From positions 288,001-352,000 of the forward strand of contig CAWIGG010000005.1 in the NCBI GenBank assembly GCA_963835575.1: a stretch of DNA of 64,000 nucleotides, given 5' to 3'. The DNA comes from an uncultured Spirochaetota bacterium. GTDB lineage: Bacteria; Spirochaetota; Brevinematia; Brevinematales; JAOACQ01. The notes beneath the pieces were generated by a model. That model was not told the DNA's origin. It was given only the letters and a program-made list of their open reading frames with translations, and made no database searches. The translations under genes were made by a program, and so were the position numbers. Below, in pieces: positions 1 through 10,291 of the stretch; the first letter of the stretch is position 1; every line of letters begins with the position of its first letter.

Positions 1-419
1 TTTTCAGCCGAGACATCGCTGATGTCCTTACTGAGAGAGGCGATCTCGCTGTCTTTATTGCTGATCTGGTCCTGCAGGGCCAGGATCTTTAAATCATTGT
101 TCTTGATTTCCGAATTCAGGCTGTCGATCTGTTTTCCCAGCTTTCCTTTTGTCGAATCGACCATGTTCTTCAGGCCCGCATTATCGTTTGAAAGTTTGGT
201 AAGCCTATTCAGCAGGCTGTCCCTCTCATCCTGCAGGGAAGCCACCTGGTCTTTCTGATTTTTCAAATCATTCTGCAGGCCCTGGTTTTCAGCGGTCATA
301 TTGCTGTTGTCAGTCTGAAGCTTGTTCAAATCATCTGTCTTCACGATTGTCAGCGTATTGCACCCGAAAAGAACAGATAATAGCGAGACTGTTAGAAGAA
401 CTCTGATTAATTTTTTCAT
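1..419 (-). CDS. Coiled-coil lipoprotein, runs off left edge (possibly OmpA/MotB-type)
   Basis: Hand-translated: MKKLIRVLLTVSLLSVLFGC lipobox, heptad-rich N/D/K/L/Q region, AGGAGG RBS; absent from ORF track because truncated. Confidence 0.75.
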   Translation of the reverse strand, partial: MKKLIRVLLTVSLLSVLFGCNTLTIVKTDDLNKLQTDNSNMTAENQGLQNDLKNQKDQVASLQDERDSLLNRLTKLSNDNAGLKNMVDSTKGKLGKQIDSLNSEIKNNDLKILALQDQISNKDSEIASLSKDISDVSAE

Positions 420-703
420 AATATCCTCCTTTATTTTATAAAATGTATAATCGTCTGTAAAATAGTAAATAAATCAAAGCAAGTCAAGTGCTTCTTGAAA
501 AAACCGGGAGATGCAGTCGGCGACGGCTGCCGCCAAAAGCGCTGCCGCTGCAATTTGAGTGATGGCACGCATAAACGCCTCCTTTCTCTAAATTTATTTT
601 ACGGATCCTTTTAACTTCATTCAGATTAAATTACCGGACCGGCTGCTTCCGCAGAAAAAGCAGACCGGCCGGAGGAGGAGATTTATGAAAAGTTCAAAGC
701 CTG

Positions 704-1237
704 TTATTCCGCATTAAAACTGACCCTGCAGTTTTTAACGCTTGCCGGGTCCTCGCCGTCAAGCGGTTTTGAGGATCCGTTAGCCCTTATCTCAAACTTA
801 GTTCCGTCAAGCCCGGTCTGGCTGAGGACATATTTCAGCACCGATTCGACCCTGCTTTTCGAGAGGGCTATATTGCCGATGAATCCTTCGGACGGTCCCT
901 CGGTGCCGGTCCTGGAAGCGTAACCGTCGATGAAAATTTTCTTTCCTGAAGGCAGCGCATTAATCAGATTTGTCAGGGCCGGTATCATTACACTCTTCAA
1001 GAACCCGTCAATTCTGAGTTCCGCCGAATTCAGGCCGAAAGGGATATCCCTTCTGACTTTCATAAATTCGTCAAAAGCATGGTCATAGGCATCCATTGAG
1101 GACCCGCTGTCTGCCAGATTGGTTTCCGTCAAAACCGCCGACTTCGGCGGCTCCGCCATTTGAACAGTATTCGGTCTTGCGCATGATGCCAGAACTAAAA
1201 AAAATGAAACTGCTGTCATGAAATGAGCGGTTTTCAT
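704..1237 (-). CDS. OmpA-family peptidoglycan-binding lipoprotein
   Basis: IPFGLNSAEL, IDGYASRTG, NIALSKSRVESV, NCRV OmpA_C motifs; LASC lipobox; start moved to ATG 1237 behind AAGGAGG. Confidence 0.85.
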   Translation of the reverse strand: MKTAHFMTAVSFFLVLASCARPNTVQMAEPPKSAVLTETNLADSGSSMDAYDHAFDEFMKVRRDIPFGLNSAELRIDGFLKSVMIPALTNLINALPSGKKIFIDGYASRTGTEGPSEGFIGNIALSKSRVESVLKYVLSQTGLDGTKFEIRANGSSKPLDGEDPASVKNCRVSFNAE

Positions 1238-1254
1238 AGAGAACCTCCTTATCA

Positions 1255-1398
1255 TTAATCGAATAACTTTTTTATGAGAAAGAGAAATCCCGCAGTCCCG
1301 AGGATGAAAAACAGGAGTCCGCGCCAGATAATGCCTCCTTCGAAAAACGAGAAGAGTATAAACATGCACGATAGCAGGAAAACAATAAAATTAAGCAT
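1255..1398 (-). CDS. 47-aa small membrane protein (two predicted TM helices)
   Basis: MLNFIVFLLSCMFILFSFFEGGIIWRGLLFFILGTAGFLFLIKKLFD; GGGAGA RBS; fills the gap between PilZ and OmpA genes. Confidence 0.6.
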   Translation of the reverse strand: MLNFIVFLLSCMFILFSFFEGGIIWRGLLFFILGTAGFLFLIKKLFD

Positions 1399-1423
1399 AT
1401 CGGCCGTCTCCCGTTATTCGGAC

Positions 1424-1723
1424 TTACCAGTACTTCGATAAAATCAGATTATTAAGGAAGACATGTTCATCTTCCGGTCTCATATCATAAGCCGTTTTGA
1501 CAATGTTCCCGTTTACGTTTATGACTTTTGCGGTTATTGCCTCTTTTTCAATAAAGATTTTCATGGAGTCTCCTGCTTTTACAAAGCCTTTTACTCTGAG
1601 CGTCAAACCTTTTCCGGTGATATCCAGTATTTCGCATGATACGGGATTTCCGTTTATCTCATAGAAAGCTTCAAGCAGAATTTTATTCCTGATGCTTTTT
1701 CTTCTTTCAAATTCATTCGTCAT
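1424..1723 (-). CDS. PilZ-domain c-di-GMP-binding protein
   Basis: ERRKSIR (RxxxR) and DITGKG (D/NxSxxG-like) motifs; GGAGG RBS. Confidence 0.85.
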   Translation of the reverse strand: MTNEFERRKSIRNKILLEAFYEINGNPVSCEILDITGKGLTLRVKGFVKAGDSMKIFIEKEAITAKVINVNGNIVKTAYDMRPEDEHVFLNNLILSKYW

Positions 1724-1766
1724 TCAACACCTCCATATATTTGAATTCAACTAAATTTTACAGGAT

Positions 1767-1832
1767 ATTATAGACCTTGTCATCAGGAATGTTCACTGAA
1801 TTGAAAAGAAAAACATCAAGGTTTTTCACTGA
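1767..1832 (-). promoter_or_regulatory. -10 box plus two repeated operator-like sites upstream of the PilZ/OmpA genes
   Basis: TATAAT on minus strand at 1767-1772; ATCAGGAATGTTCACTGA (1782-1799) and ATCAAGGTTTTTCACTGA (1815-1832). Confidence 0.45.
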
Positions 1833-2122
1833 TTTTTATGTTTTTTTCTGACCTTGACCGTGACGGATATCCGGATGAAGACCTTTGCACAGATAAATGC
1901 CCTGAATCTATGAGGAGTTTGCAGTTAAAGTATAGATGTTTAGCATTTTGCGCAGGTTCAATTTTAATGCCGTGAAATAAATAAAAGGAAACTGCGCAAA
2001 AGTCTTGGATGAGTTGTCCGTTATATAAGGAAAAAAGTTCCTTGTGAATCGACCATTATCAGAAAGCTTTCAAATGGGAAAAATGTGCATATTATTCTGT
2101 TTATTTTCAGATGGCAAGGATT

Positions 2123-3514
2123 CTATTGAAGCGAACCGATAAGATCTATCAATTCCTGTTTGCTCCCGGCGCCTGTCTTTTGATAGATATGATAGGCATG
2201 AGTTTCAACGGTTTTATTGGAGATGAAAAGCCTGGACGCTATTTCTTTGTAAGAGTATCTCTTCACCAATAACTTCAGAATTTCAAATTCTCTTTTTGAA
2301 AGCAGGAATTTTCTGGCGATATCTTCCGGCAGTGTTTCTTCATTGTTTTCCGCTTTTCTTGAACTTCGTACATGAATATAGAGAAAGTTAATCAGAACAA
2401 AAAATACCATTCCGTAACCGAGCGTGTCCTGCTGGCCGTTGACGATCACGGATGAGCTTATGATATATATTTTATATTGGATAAAATAGATCAGATACGA
2501 AACCAGAAAGACCGCTGAAGTTATGATGACGGTCAGCGATTTTATTTTTTCCCTCTTCAGATAAAAGAAGGACAATAAAATATATGACAGCAATGTAATC
2601 AATAAAACAGAATGGTATACCAGAAGCCCGTATTCGACAACAGCTTTTTGGGAAACTGGCAGGACAAACAGCATCAGGCTCATAATCACAGTTAAAGCCG
2701 ACATCGCCGCAACGGATATCCTGCCGGGCAGGCTGTTGAAAAGGATCATAAAAAAGGCCATGAGTAAAGACAGTCCTATGAAAATGAGGGTCATCTGAAT
2801 GCTGACGAGAGAGCTTGAGGATATATCCGGGATGAAATTGAGGGACTCCCCCCTTCCGATGAGGTTAAGCGCCTGAATCAAAGAGAAGAGGCCGAGAATA
2901 AGAAACGCTGTGTTCCCGGCTTTGCCCCGCCACAGTAAAAGTGAGATGAGGAAGATCAAAATCAGGGCGCCTTCCGTGATTCCTTCCCTGAAAAAAGACC
3001 ACCACCGGAATTTCCTTATCACCCTTTCCAGGCCGATGAGAAGATTGTCCCTGATAAGCTTTATCTTCGAATAATCATTGATGACCAGGTGTATTCTGAT
3101 GTTATTGGAGTAAGTCAGGTACAGCGGAAGTATAACGCTCCTGATATTGTATTTGATCCTCCAGTGAGAAAAGTAATTGAAATTATTTGAAAGGGCAATG
3201 TTTTCGTTGATCCACAGGTTATAAGGAGAGACTACAGGCTCGAGCATAAAAGCAAAGGCTCTTTGTTCTGCGGATTTGTTATTATTTTGAGGAAGAATAA
3301 TAGTAATGTCAAATGCCGCTGTATCGTTTTCTTTATCATAAAAAGACGGTTTCAGATTTTCTCCGGACCGATCCTCGATTCTGATAATCCCGTCCCTGTC
3401 AATATTCCATCCTGAAAGATCAAGTTTCCCGTTTTCAACAAAGGGTGTTGTTTGAGAGAATATTCTTGCAGAAAGAACGAATATTAATAGGAACAGCTTT
3501 TTTATTATCTTCAT
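2123..3514 (-). CDS. Membrane sensor/regulator: periplasmic domain, 7TM-DISM-like helices, C-terminal LuxR HTH
   Basis: LSKREFEILKLL..SYKEIASRLFISNKTVETHAYHIYQK; GKLDLSGW 7TM-DISM-type N-terminus; signal peptide from ATG 3514. Confidence 0.85.
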   Translation of the reverse strand: MKIIKKLFLLIFVLSARIFSQTTPFVENGKLDLSGWNIDRDGIIRIEDRSGENLKPSFYDKENDTAAFDITIILPQNNNKSAEQRAFAFMLEPVVSPYNLWINENIALSNNFNYFSHWRIKYNIRSVILPLYLTYSNNIRIHLVINDYSKIKLIRDNLLIGLERVIRKFRWWSFFREGITEGALILIFLISLLLWRGKAGNTAFLILGLFSLIQALNLIGRGESLNFIPDISSSSLVSIQMTLIFIGLSLLMAFFMILFNSLPGRISVAAMSALTVIMSLMLFVLPVSQKAVVEYGLLVYHSVLLITLLSYILLSFFYLKREKIKSLTVIITSAVFLVSYLIYFIQYKIYIISSSVIVNGQQDTLGYGMVFFVLINFLYIHVRSSRKAENNEETLPEDIARKFLLSKREFEILKLLVKRYSYKEIASRLFISNKTVETHAYHIYQKTGAGSKQELIDLIGSLQ

Positions 3515-3842
3515 TTCAATTACTCTCTTTTTATTCCAAAGTATAGTTAATATTATATAATAGATGGAGAATTTATCAATATTCCTTTGTCCTCCGCATT
3601 GACGATCACGGGGAGCAGAAATTGGCTTCGCTGTTGAAGTCATTCGAGACGGGATCTGAACGAATACTTTTTACAGGCATGGATTTCCAGGAAGTACCCA
3701 ATTCCGGTTTTTCCCGATTGTTTTCATAATATAACGGTCTATCGCAGAATGATGATGAATTCTTGACTATCCTTACCCTTTTGTGTATTATTAATACATA
3801 ATGTATTAATAATACTGCGGGTGGGTCCATTGGGAGTTTTCC

Positions 3843-4414
3843 ATGAAAGAGAAGGAAATAAAAGAGTATCTGGATAGCCTTAAGGCTGTCAGAAGGATTC
3901 TTTTCGGCCCGGAACAAGGCCTGTATTTGACTTTTACCGTATGGGATATTTTGATTATCGCCGGATATGCCGTTCAGTTTTGCGGCATCCGTTTTTTGCA
4001 TTGGACGCTGTCCTCCTCATCAGTCCAAGCCTGGATTCCGCTTTTTTATTGCCGCGGCTCGGCAGGCAAAAAGGTCACGCCGTTCATTTCCTGAAGAAGT
4101 GGGCCGCTTTCGGGACAGGGGTCTTTATCATGTTTTTGTTCTCGGTTTTTCTTTTCATTTCAACTGATCAAATACGGTATTTTTCCGTTACTTTGCAATT
4201 GGGTCTTGCTATGGCGTATTTTTCATTCTCTCTGATTTCTGTCCGTATCCCTGCCTTTCCGGGTTTCCTGTACCTTGTTCTCATAGCCGTCGCGGCGGCC
4301 GGCTCCCGGTTCATTCCGCCGGAAGACAGCCTTCCGGTCTGCGGTCTTGCCGGGGGAATTTTCCTGATACTTATGAATTTATTTTTACGCGGCCACAGGG
4401 AGGCTGAAAAATGA
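3843..4414 (+). pseudogene. Membrane protein split by a frameshift near 4000-4020
   Basis: ORF 3843-4094 has a plausible start and first TM; ORF 3941-4414 carries the remaining TMs and overlaps the next start (ATGA). Confidence 0.55.
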
Positions 4415-5175
4415 AATACCTGATACGATTGGCCCTGGCCAATATGCTCCGTTCGAGGATAAGGACAATACTGACGCTTCTTATTATAATGGTTACCATG
4501 GGAATGTACGTGTTTTTTGTGGGAATGGTCCGGGGACTGCAGGACAAGCAGAAGGAGAACCTCATCGATTTCGAGACCGCCCATTACAAGATAAGGAGTG
4601 CGGCATTTGAAGAGGAAAGGCCTTATATTGTCAGCAATTTCATGACCGATTACGCGTCTGTTGAAAAGGTCTTAAGCCAAAAGCGGTATGTCCGCGCCTT
4701 TACGGAAAGGATCCAGTTTCAGGGCGAGATCGACAACGGCATCCGCTCCCTTCCAATCATAATTACCGGGATCGATCCGGAAAAGGACCCCTCTGTTTTT
4801 ACGCTGACGGATTATATCACGGAAGGAAGCCTCAGAAAAGGAGGGATGCTTGTCGGGAACACCCTGGCTAGGGACCTGAACGCCGAAATCGGCAGTGACC
4901 TTTATCTGACTTTTTTGAACGCGCAGGGCACACTGGATTCCATCGATTTTACCGTGGCCGGCACAATTGAATCCACCGATCCCCAGGTCAACAATTCCAC
5001 CGTATTCATCGATATCGGAGACGCGGAAAAAGGGCTTAATATCAATGCCGTCACGGGAATCGCCGTCAAGACAGTCTCCCTCAGGGAGGCGGAAAAATTC
5101 ATAAAGGACACGAAACAAAGCCTGCCTGGATTCCAGGTATACAGCTGGCAGAAGCTGGGGGAATATTATGAATAA
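4411..5175 (+). pseudogene. LolE/MacB-type ABC permease, N-terminal TM and periplasmic domain only
   Basis: LALANMLRSRIRTILT..GMVRGL, GIDPE, VGNTLARDL, YSWQ motifs; ends before the FtsX TM region as sequence turns AT-rich. Confidence 0.8.
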
Positions 5176-5719
5176 GGATGTCAATTTACTTTTTGAGGAT
5201 TTATTTTCAAAAAATGAAAAAATTCGATTTAATGCATTAACTTCATTAATTTCAATTACTGAAAATGTTGTTGATTGGTTTGAAAATGAATATAATGAAC
5301 TACTATCGATGCTATCAGACGGCAATTCATATCATCGTTCTACGGGAATAATGCTTCTCTGTAACTTAGCCAAAAGTGATAAAAATAATCTACTACAGCA
5401 TGATTTAGTTAAAATCTTAAAACATACTCAAGATGAGAAATTTATAACCTCAAGACAATGCATACAAAATATCTGGAAAATTGCCATTGCTCATAAAGTC
5501 AATCAGAATATCATAGTAAATCATTTAAAAACCCGATTTGTAAATTGTCAGGCAGAAAAACACTATAATTTAATTCGTCAAGATATAATTCAAAGTCTTT
5601 CAGAGATAAACAAAGTATCTAAAAATGATGAATTAAAAAACGATATATTTAAATTGATTAATATAGAAAATGTGGAAAAATATAAAGAAAAGTATTTAAA
5701 AATATTGAAGAATACATAA
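5168..5719 (+). CDS. HEAT/ARM-repeat-like hypothetical protein, AT-rich
   Basis: Helical repeats (LSDGNSYHRSTGIMLLCNLA, TQDEKFITSRQCIQNIWKIA). Confidence 0.7.
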   Translation: MNKDVNLLFEDLFSKNEKIRFNALTSLISITENVVDWFENEYNELLSMLSDGNSYHRSTGIMLLCNLAKSDKNNLLQHDLVKILKHTQDEKFITSRQCIQNIWKIAIAHKVNQNIIVNHLKTRFVNCQAEKHYNLIRQDIIQSLSEINKVSKNDELKNDIFKLINIENVEKYKEKYLKILKNT

Positions 5720-5739
5720 TATTTTCAAACTATACCTAG

Positions 5740-5808
5740 TTCCTGCTCAACTTTATTCTGTACCTGGGAATTATCCTGGTTTCCGGAATCCTTGCCAGCG
5801 TCTATCCC
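5740..5808 (+). pseudogene. Orphan C-terminal TM fragment of a LolE/FtsX-type permease
   Basis: FLLNFILYLGIILVSGILASVYP resembles the LASxYP end of LolC/E permeases; host-like GC. Confidence 0.55.
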
Positions 5809-6089
5809 TTCTTGTCCAACTTTTTCTCTTCTTCAATACTGGAAATCTTCTTAAAAGCAAACTGAGATATGGATTCTCTGATCTCTGTAGTCATGTCCTT
5901 AAACAGAAAAGCACAGAAGTTTTTCTGGTAAGCAACCACAACTCCATCTATAAATATTTCCTTCCCATCCAAAATAAACTGCATGTTTTTTATCAATGAT
6001 CCAATAGCTATTGAATCCGGAGGGAATATGCCAACCAGTTCAACACCTAGACCACCCAGTCTGATGTACTTTATCTGGCCGATAATCAA
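5802..6089 (-). pseudogene. C-terminal PilZ-domain fragment
   Basis: GQIKYIRLGGLG (DISxGG-like) and PilZ-type strands; in-frame stop about 10 codons upstream, no RxxxR motif. Confidence 0.55.
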
Positions 6090-6138
6090 CTGTGAATTAA
6101 CCGGTGAACTCCTATCTCAAAAATAAAATATGTAAACA

Positions 6139-6164
6139 AAAAAGCGATGGTTTACCCATCGCCC
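6139..6164 (-). terminator. Intrinsic terminator
   Basis: GCGATGG/CCATCGC hairpin followed by T-run on minus strand. Confidence 0.5.
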
Positions 6165-6850
6165 ATTTCCCATCTAACTTAAATAATAAGAATAAAACCC
6201 CACTTGTACTATAATGATGATATGATAATGAAAATGATTTGTCAAAGTTTTATGTAAAAATTAGTTGAATTTTATTGATGATATTATATGATAAAGCTAA
6301 AATAATCAAGAGAAAAAATCAAAAGGATTCTTAGAAGGAGAACTAATTGAATCAAGATAATTATATTAAATTAAATGTGGACTATTCTGATAAAGAAATA
6401 GCAAAAACTTTGGGCGCCAAGTGGGATTCCGTCAATAAAATCTGGTTTATTCATATGGAATCAGATATTTTAAAATTTACCAAATGGTTTGAGTCGCCAT
6501 ATATCGATGTTTTTGCCAGTGTCCTTTATACTTACTTGGCAACTGAAATCTGTTGGAAATGCGGCAAGGAAACATCATTTTTGACGTTATTAAGCGATAG
6601 ATTTATTTTTATTAAGAATAAAGATAATAACGACATTAACAAAGAAAATAAAAATATATCTACTGAATTGGAAAATCCGGACGAAACATGCCGGGGTTCC
6701 GGGTGAAACATGCCACCCAATCCGTGTGAAACATGCCGGGTAATCCGGATGAAATGTTACCACCTACCATAAGAAAAAGCGAATCAAACACGAAGAATTC
6801 CTCCGAGAATGTTAAGCTAATCCTTCTTGAAAAAATAAGAAGGAGTTGGT

Positions 6851-8407
6851 ATGCCGAACAGGAGGAAGCCTATGAAGAAAATCCGGGAAGTGATCCGGAT
6901 GATCAAAGAAAACGGCCTGAGCTGCCGTGTGACATCAAAGGCCCTGGATATTTCCAGGCCAACCGTGCAAAGATATATATCCAGGTTTGAAAAAAGCGGC
7001 CTAACCATCGCGGAAATTTATGAAATGAGCGATTCTGCTTTAATTGAAATTTTCGAATCGATGGCAGAAGGTGACAGTCAGGAAGAAACCGAAAAGGATA
7101 ATCTGTACAATGAATTCCCCGAATACAGTAAGGAACTACTGCGTACAGGCGTCAATCTGAGATTGCTTTGGGAAGAATACCTGAGAAAATATCCAGGAGG
7201 CTATCGCTATTCTCAATTCTGCTATCACTACGGCATCTGGAAAGGTTCTCTTGAAATATCCATGCACCAGGAATACAAGGCCGGAGACAAGCTTTTTGTT
7301 GATTTTACCGGCGCGAAATTTCCGATTGTAGACCGTTCCACAGGAGAAGTTATAGAGAAAGAGGTATTCGTAGCCATTCTTGGAGCAAGCCAGTATACAT
7401 ATGTGGAAGCGACGGATAGCCAGAAGAAAGAAGACTTAATCAGGGCTATCGAGAACGCGTTGTATTACTTCGGAGGATCACCAAGAGCCATAATACCCGA
7501 TTGTTTAAAAAGCGCTGTAACGTTGGGCAATAAATATGAACCTGCAATTAATTCTGAATTTCAGAATTTTTGCAGACATTATTCTATGTGTCCCCTCCCT
7601 GCAAGACCATATAAACCGCGAGATAAAGCACACGTTGAAAACGCCGTAAAAATCACCTACAGCTGGATATTTGCCGTTCTCAGGAATAGAGTTTTTTATA
7701 CTCTGGGAGAATTGAATATTGCTATACGGGAACAATTGGGAATCTATAATTCAAAGAAGATGCAGAAGCTCAAAGTCAGCAGGCGGGAATTTTTCGAGGA
7801 AACAGAACGGAAAGAGTTAAAACCGCTTCCGAAGGAAAGATACAGTTTTAAAAGCTTCTCAAAAGCTAAGATCCAATTCAACTATCATGTCTGTCTCAAA
7901 GAAGATTCTCATTACTACAGCGTTCCATATCGATATAGAGGCAAAATGGCAGATATTGTTACTTCCGATCGGACAGTGGAAATATTTGTTGATAATATCC
8001 GCATTGCAGCCTATCCACGGGACCGTAGAAAGCAAGTTTATACAACCACACATGAACATATGCCGCCCCATCACAGGTGGGTCGGAGACTGGAATCCGGA
8101 GAAGTTAACACATTGGGGTAAGTCGCTTGGTCCGGATGTTGAAGAAATGATAAAGAGAGTCCTGCAAAGCAGGGATTATCCAGAACAGGCATATAAGGTC
8201 TGTCTGGGCATCTTAAGCCTGGCCAAAAAACTCGGAAAAGAAAGGCTCGATAAAGCCTGTAAACGGGCGCTTGATTTTCAGTATTATTCATATCAGGGAA
8301 TAAAGCGGATTCTGGAGAAAGGCCTGGATAATTTTGAGGAAGAATCGGTACTGTTTCCGGCCGTTAAGATGCATGAAAATATCCGCGGAAGAGAATATTT
8401 TGAATAG
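6851..8407 (+). CDS. istA: IS21 DDE transposase IstA
   Basis: HTH N-terminus, LFVDFTG, IIPDCLKSAV, PRDKAHVE, HYYSVPY. Confidence 0.95.
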   Translation: MPNRRKPMKKIREVIRMIKENGLSCRVTSKALDISRPTVQRYISRFEKSGLTIAEIYEMSDSALIEIFESMAEGDSQEETEKDNLYNEFPEYSKELLRTGVNLRLLWEEYLRKYPGGYRYSQFCYHYGIWKGSLEISMHQEYKAGDKLFVDFTGAKFPIVDRSTGEVIEKEVFVAILGASQYTYVEATDSQKKEDLIRAIENALYYFGGSPRAIIPDCLKSAVTLGNKYEPAINSEFQNFCRHYSMCPLPARPYKPRDKAHVENAVKITYSWIFAVLRNRVFYTLGELNIAIREQLGIYNSKKMQKLKVSRREFFEETERKELKPLPKERYSFKSFSKAKIQFNYHVCLKEDSHYYSVPYRYRGKMADIVTSDRTVEIFVDNIRIAAYPRDRRKQVYTTTHEHMPPHHRWVGDWNPEKLTHWGKSLGPDVEEMIKRVLQSRDYPEQAYKVCLGILSLAKKLGKERLDKACKRALDFQYYSYQGIKRILEKGLDNFEEESVLFPAVKMHENIRGREYFE

Positions 8408-8419
8408 GAGGAACTGAAT

Positions 8420-9163
8420 ATGACCAATGAAGCAACTATTGAAAAAATGCAGAAGATGAAACTGCATGGGATGTCCAGGGCGTTTGAGGATATCATTGCC
8501 GGTAAAACGCCTGACGGCCTGACTGCCGATGAAACAATTGCGCATCTTGTGGATTCGGAATGGGACGAAAGGTATAATCGGAAACTGTCATCTTTAATCA
8601 AAAGAGGGCGTTTCAGATATCAGGCTGGTCTGGAGAATCTTTCTTACCGTGCGGATAGAGAACTGGATAAAAATCTGATATTGAGGCTTTCGAATTGTGA
8701 TTGGATACGAAAGAAAGAAAATATGATTATTACAGGCGCTACCGGCAGCGGGAAAAGCTATCTTGCATCAGCTTTCGGTAATCAGGCTTGCCGGCAGGGC
8801 TACAGGACCCTTTATTTCAACTGTTTGAAGATTTTTACCCGGTTAAAATTCGCAAAAGCGGAAGGTAGTTACTCAAAAGAAATGAATTTTATCCAGAAGC
8901 AGGATTTATTGATACTGGATGATTTTGGTCTTGAAATTCTTGATACACCCTCAAGATTGTCTCTTCTGGAAATGCTTGAGGACCGGCATGGTAAAAACTC
9001 TACTTTGATAACTTCTCAGCTGCCGGTAAAAGATTGGTTTGAAAAAATCGGTGATCCTACGATAGCTGACGCAATCTGTGACAGGATAAATCATTCTGCT
9101 ATTAAAATCGAATTGAAGGGGGTTGATTCTATGCGTAAAATTTATGCTAAAGATTCTGGATGA
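8420..9163 (+). CDS. istB: IS21 helper ATPase IstB
   Basis: GATGSGKS Walker A, LLILDDFG Walker B, TSQLP, ADAICDR. Confidence 0.95.
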   Translation: MTNEATIEKMQKMKLHGMSRAFEDIIAGKTPDGLTADETIAHLVDSEWDERYNRKLSSLIKRGRFRYQAGLENLSYRADRELDKNLILRLSNCDWIRKKENMIITGATGSGKSYLASAFGNQACRQGYRTLYFNCLKIFTRLKFAKAEGSYSKEMNFIQKQDLLILDDFGLEILDTPSRLSLLEMLEDRHGKNSTLITSQLPVKDWFEKIGDPTIADAICDRINHSAIKIELKGVDSMRKIYAKDSG

Positions 9164-9790
9164 AACATGCCACCTGCCTTAAAATGTTTTGGGAATTTTA
9201 GTGTTTTGAAAAGTGGTAACATTTCGCCCGGAACCCCGGCACATTTCACCGGAATACGCACTGAATTGATAGACCAGTTTAGCGTGTTATTCTATGTACA
9301 ATATATGCCAAAAGAATTGATTGATTATTTTAAAAAAGAATGTTCTCTATTTTACACAGACTTTTCAGTAACATTGAAAGATCGATACTGGATGAATCAC
9401 TGTGAGTATTGCAAGGCCAAACTGGGTGATCATTATTTGCATGATGAACCAGAAGTTGATATTTTTTATTGGTAAGGAAATAATTGAGCATGTCAAACTC
9501 GTTGAAATAGATACAACTTACTGTGCTGCAATATCATGTAATGTAAAATCAATAAATGAATAAGTGCAAATCAAAATATTTTACCCCCTTCATATTTAGT
9601 GTTAACATAATTGTTTACTATAAGATCGAAGCAATGGTAAATAAAACTGTTGGACATAGAGGTATTTTTTATTGTTTTTAGAAAGGAACAATAATTAGAG
9701 TAAATTCTATGTCCACTTTTTTCAAGAACAACTCGAAACTATTTCATAAAAGAAAAATATTATGGCCAATTTTAACATAATAATAGAAAA

Positions 9791-10291
9791 TTATCGTGGC
9801 CGGGGACAATTGTCTAATGTATTACAAATATTTGAAAAAAATGATGGGTCTTGTTCATCATATTCAATCTTTTGAGTATAATACTGTAAATAATTCATTG
9901 ATTGAGAAATTAACTTATTATCTATTGATCCAAAAGTTCCGGTGCAAGAAAATTCAAGAGTTCTAAGTAAATCAACCGATAAATCCACAAAATATAAGTT
10001 TTTTTCGATTTTAGACACATATTGCTCAATTATTTTAATTCTATCAAATTGCTTTCTTATTAATACGTTGCTTTCAAATTCAATCATATTATGAGCAATG
10101 AATATGTTAGTCATATATTGAACTAATTGTTCCCAATTATCATGTATTTTATCAAAAATACCTGGTTTTAACTTTTTAATAAACCAGGCAATAATTCCTT
10201 CTGGAACAACAAATAATGCGATAATTAGGAAAATAACTCCAATAATTACTTCCCTTATTATTTCGAAAATAAGTTTTTGAATATCAACCAT
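9791..10291 (-). CDS. Hypothetical protein with N-terminal TM helix
   Basis: 166-aa AT-rich ORF, GAGGT RBS, hydrophobic residues about 12-38. Confidence 0.6.
   Translation of the reverse strand: MVDIQKLIFEIIREVIIGVIFLIIALFVVPEGIIAWFIKKLKPGIFDKIHDNWEQLVQYMTNIFIAHNMIEFESNVLIRKQFDRIKIIEQYVSKIEKNLYFVDLSVDLLRTLEFSCTGTFGSIDNKLISQSMNYLQYYTQKIEYDEQDPSFFSNICNTLDNCPRPR

Larger units (their letters stand above)
6669..9260 (+). mobile_element. IS21-family insertion sequence, complete
   Basis: TG...CA ends, about 48-bp imperfect IRs, repeated GAAACATGCC motifs at both ends, 6-bp target duplication CTGAAT (6663-6668 and 9261-9266). Confidence 0.95.
6347..9475 (+). pseudogene. DUF5710-domain / Zn-ribbon protein interrupted by IS21
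   Basis: LNVDYSDKEIAKTLGAKWD N-terminus; removing the IS and one CTGAAT copy restores ISTELIDQF..., joining CWKC with CEYC..GDHYLHDEP. Confidence 0.8.

Noticed and set aside
1238..1369. N-terminal extension of the 221-aa OmpA ORF (similar extensions at 3515-3643, 29532-29585, 39619-39666, 39705-39761)
   Set aside because: Downstream ATGs have better RBS or signal-peptide context; the first extension overlaps the 47-aa ORF in another frame
5168..5740. HEAT-like gene as an integron cassette
   Set aside because: No convincing attC (RYYYAAC..GTTRRRY) downstream and no integrase in the window
6669..6770. Repeated GAAACATGCC units as a CRISPR array
   Set aside because: Units are short with no spacers; they are IS21 terminal repeats; no cas genes
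9649..9716. TGGACATAGA..TCTATGTCCA inverted repeat as an attC site
   Set aside because: Core and inverse core are in the wrong order and imperfect; left as an unexplained hairpin
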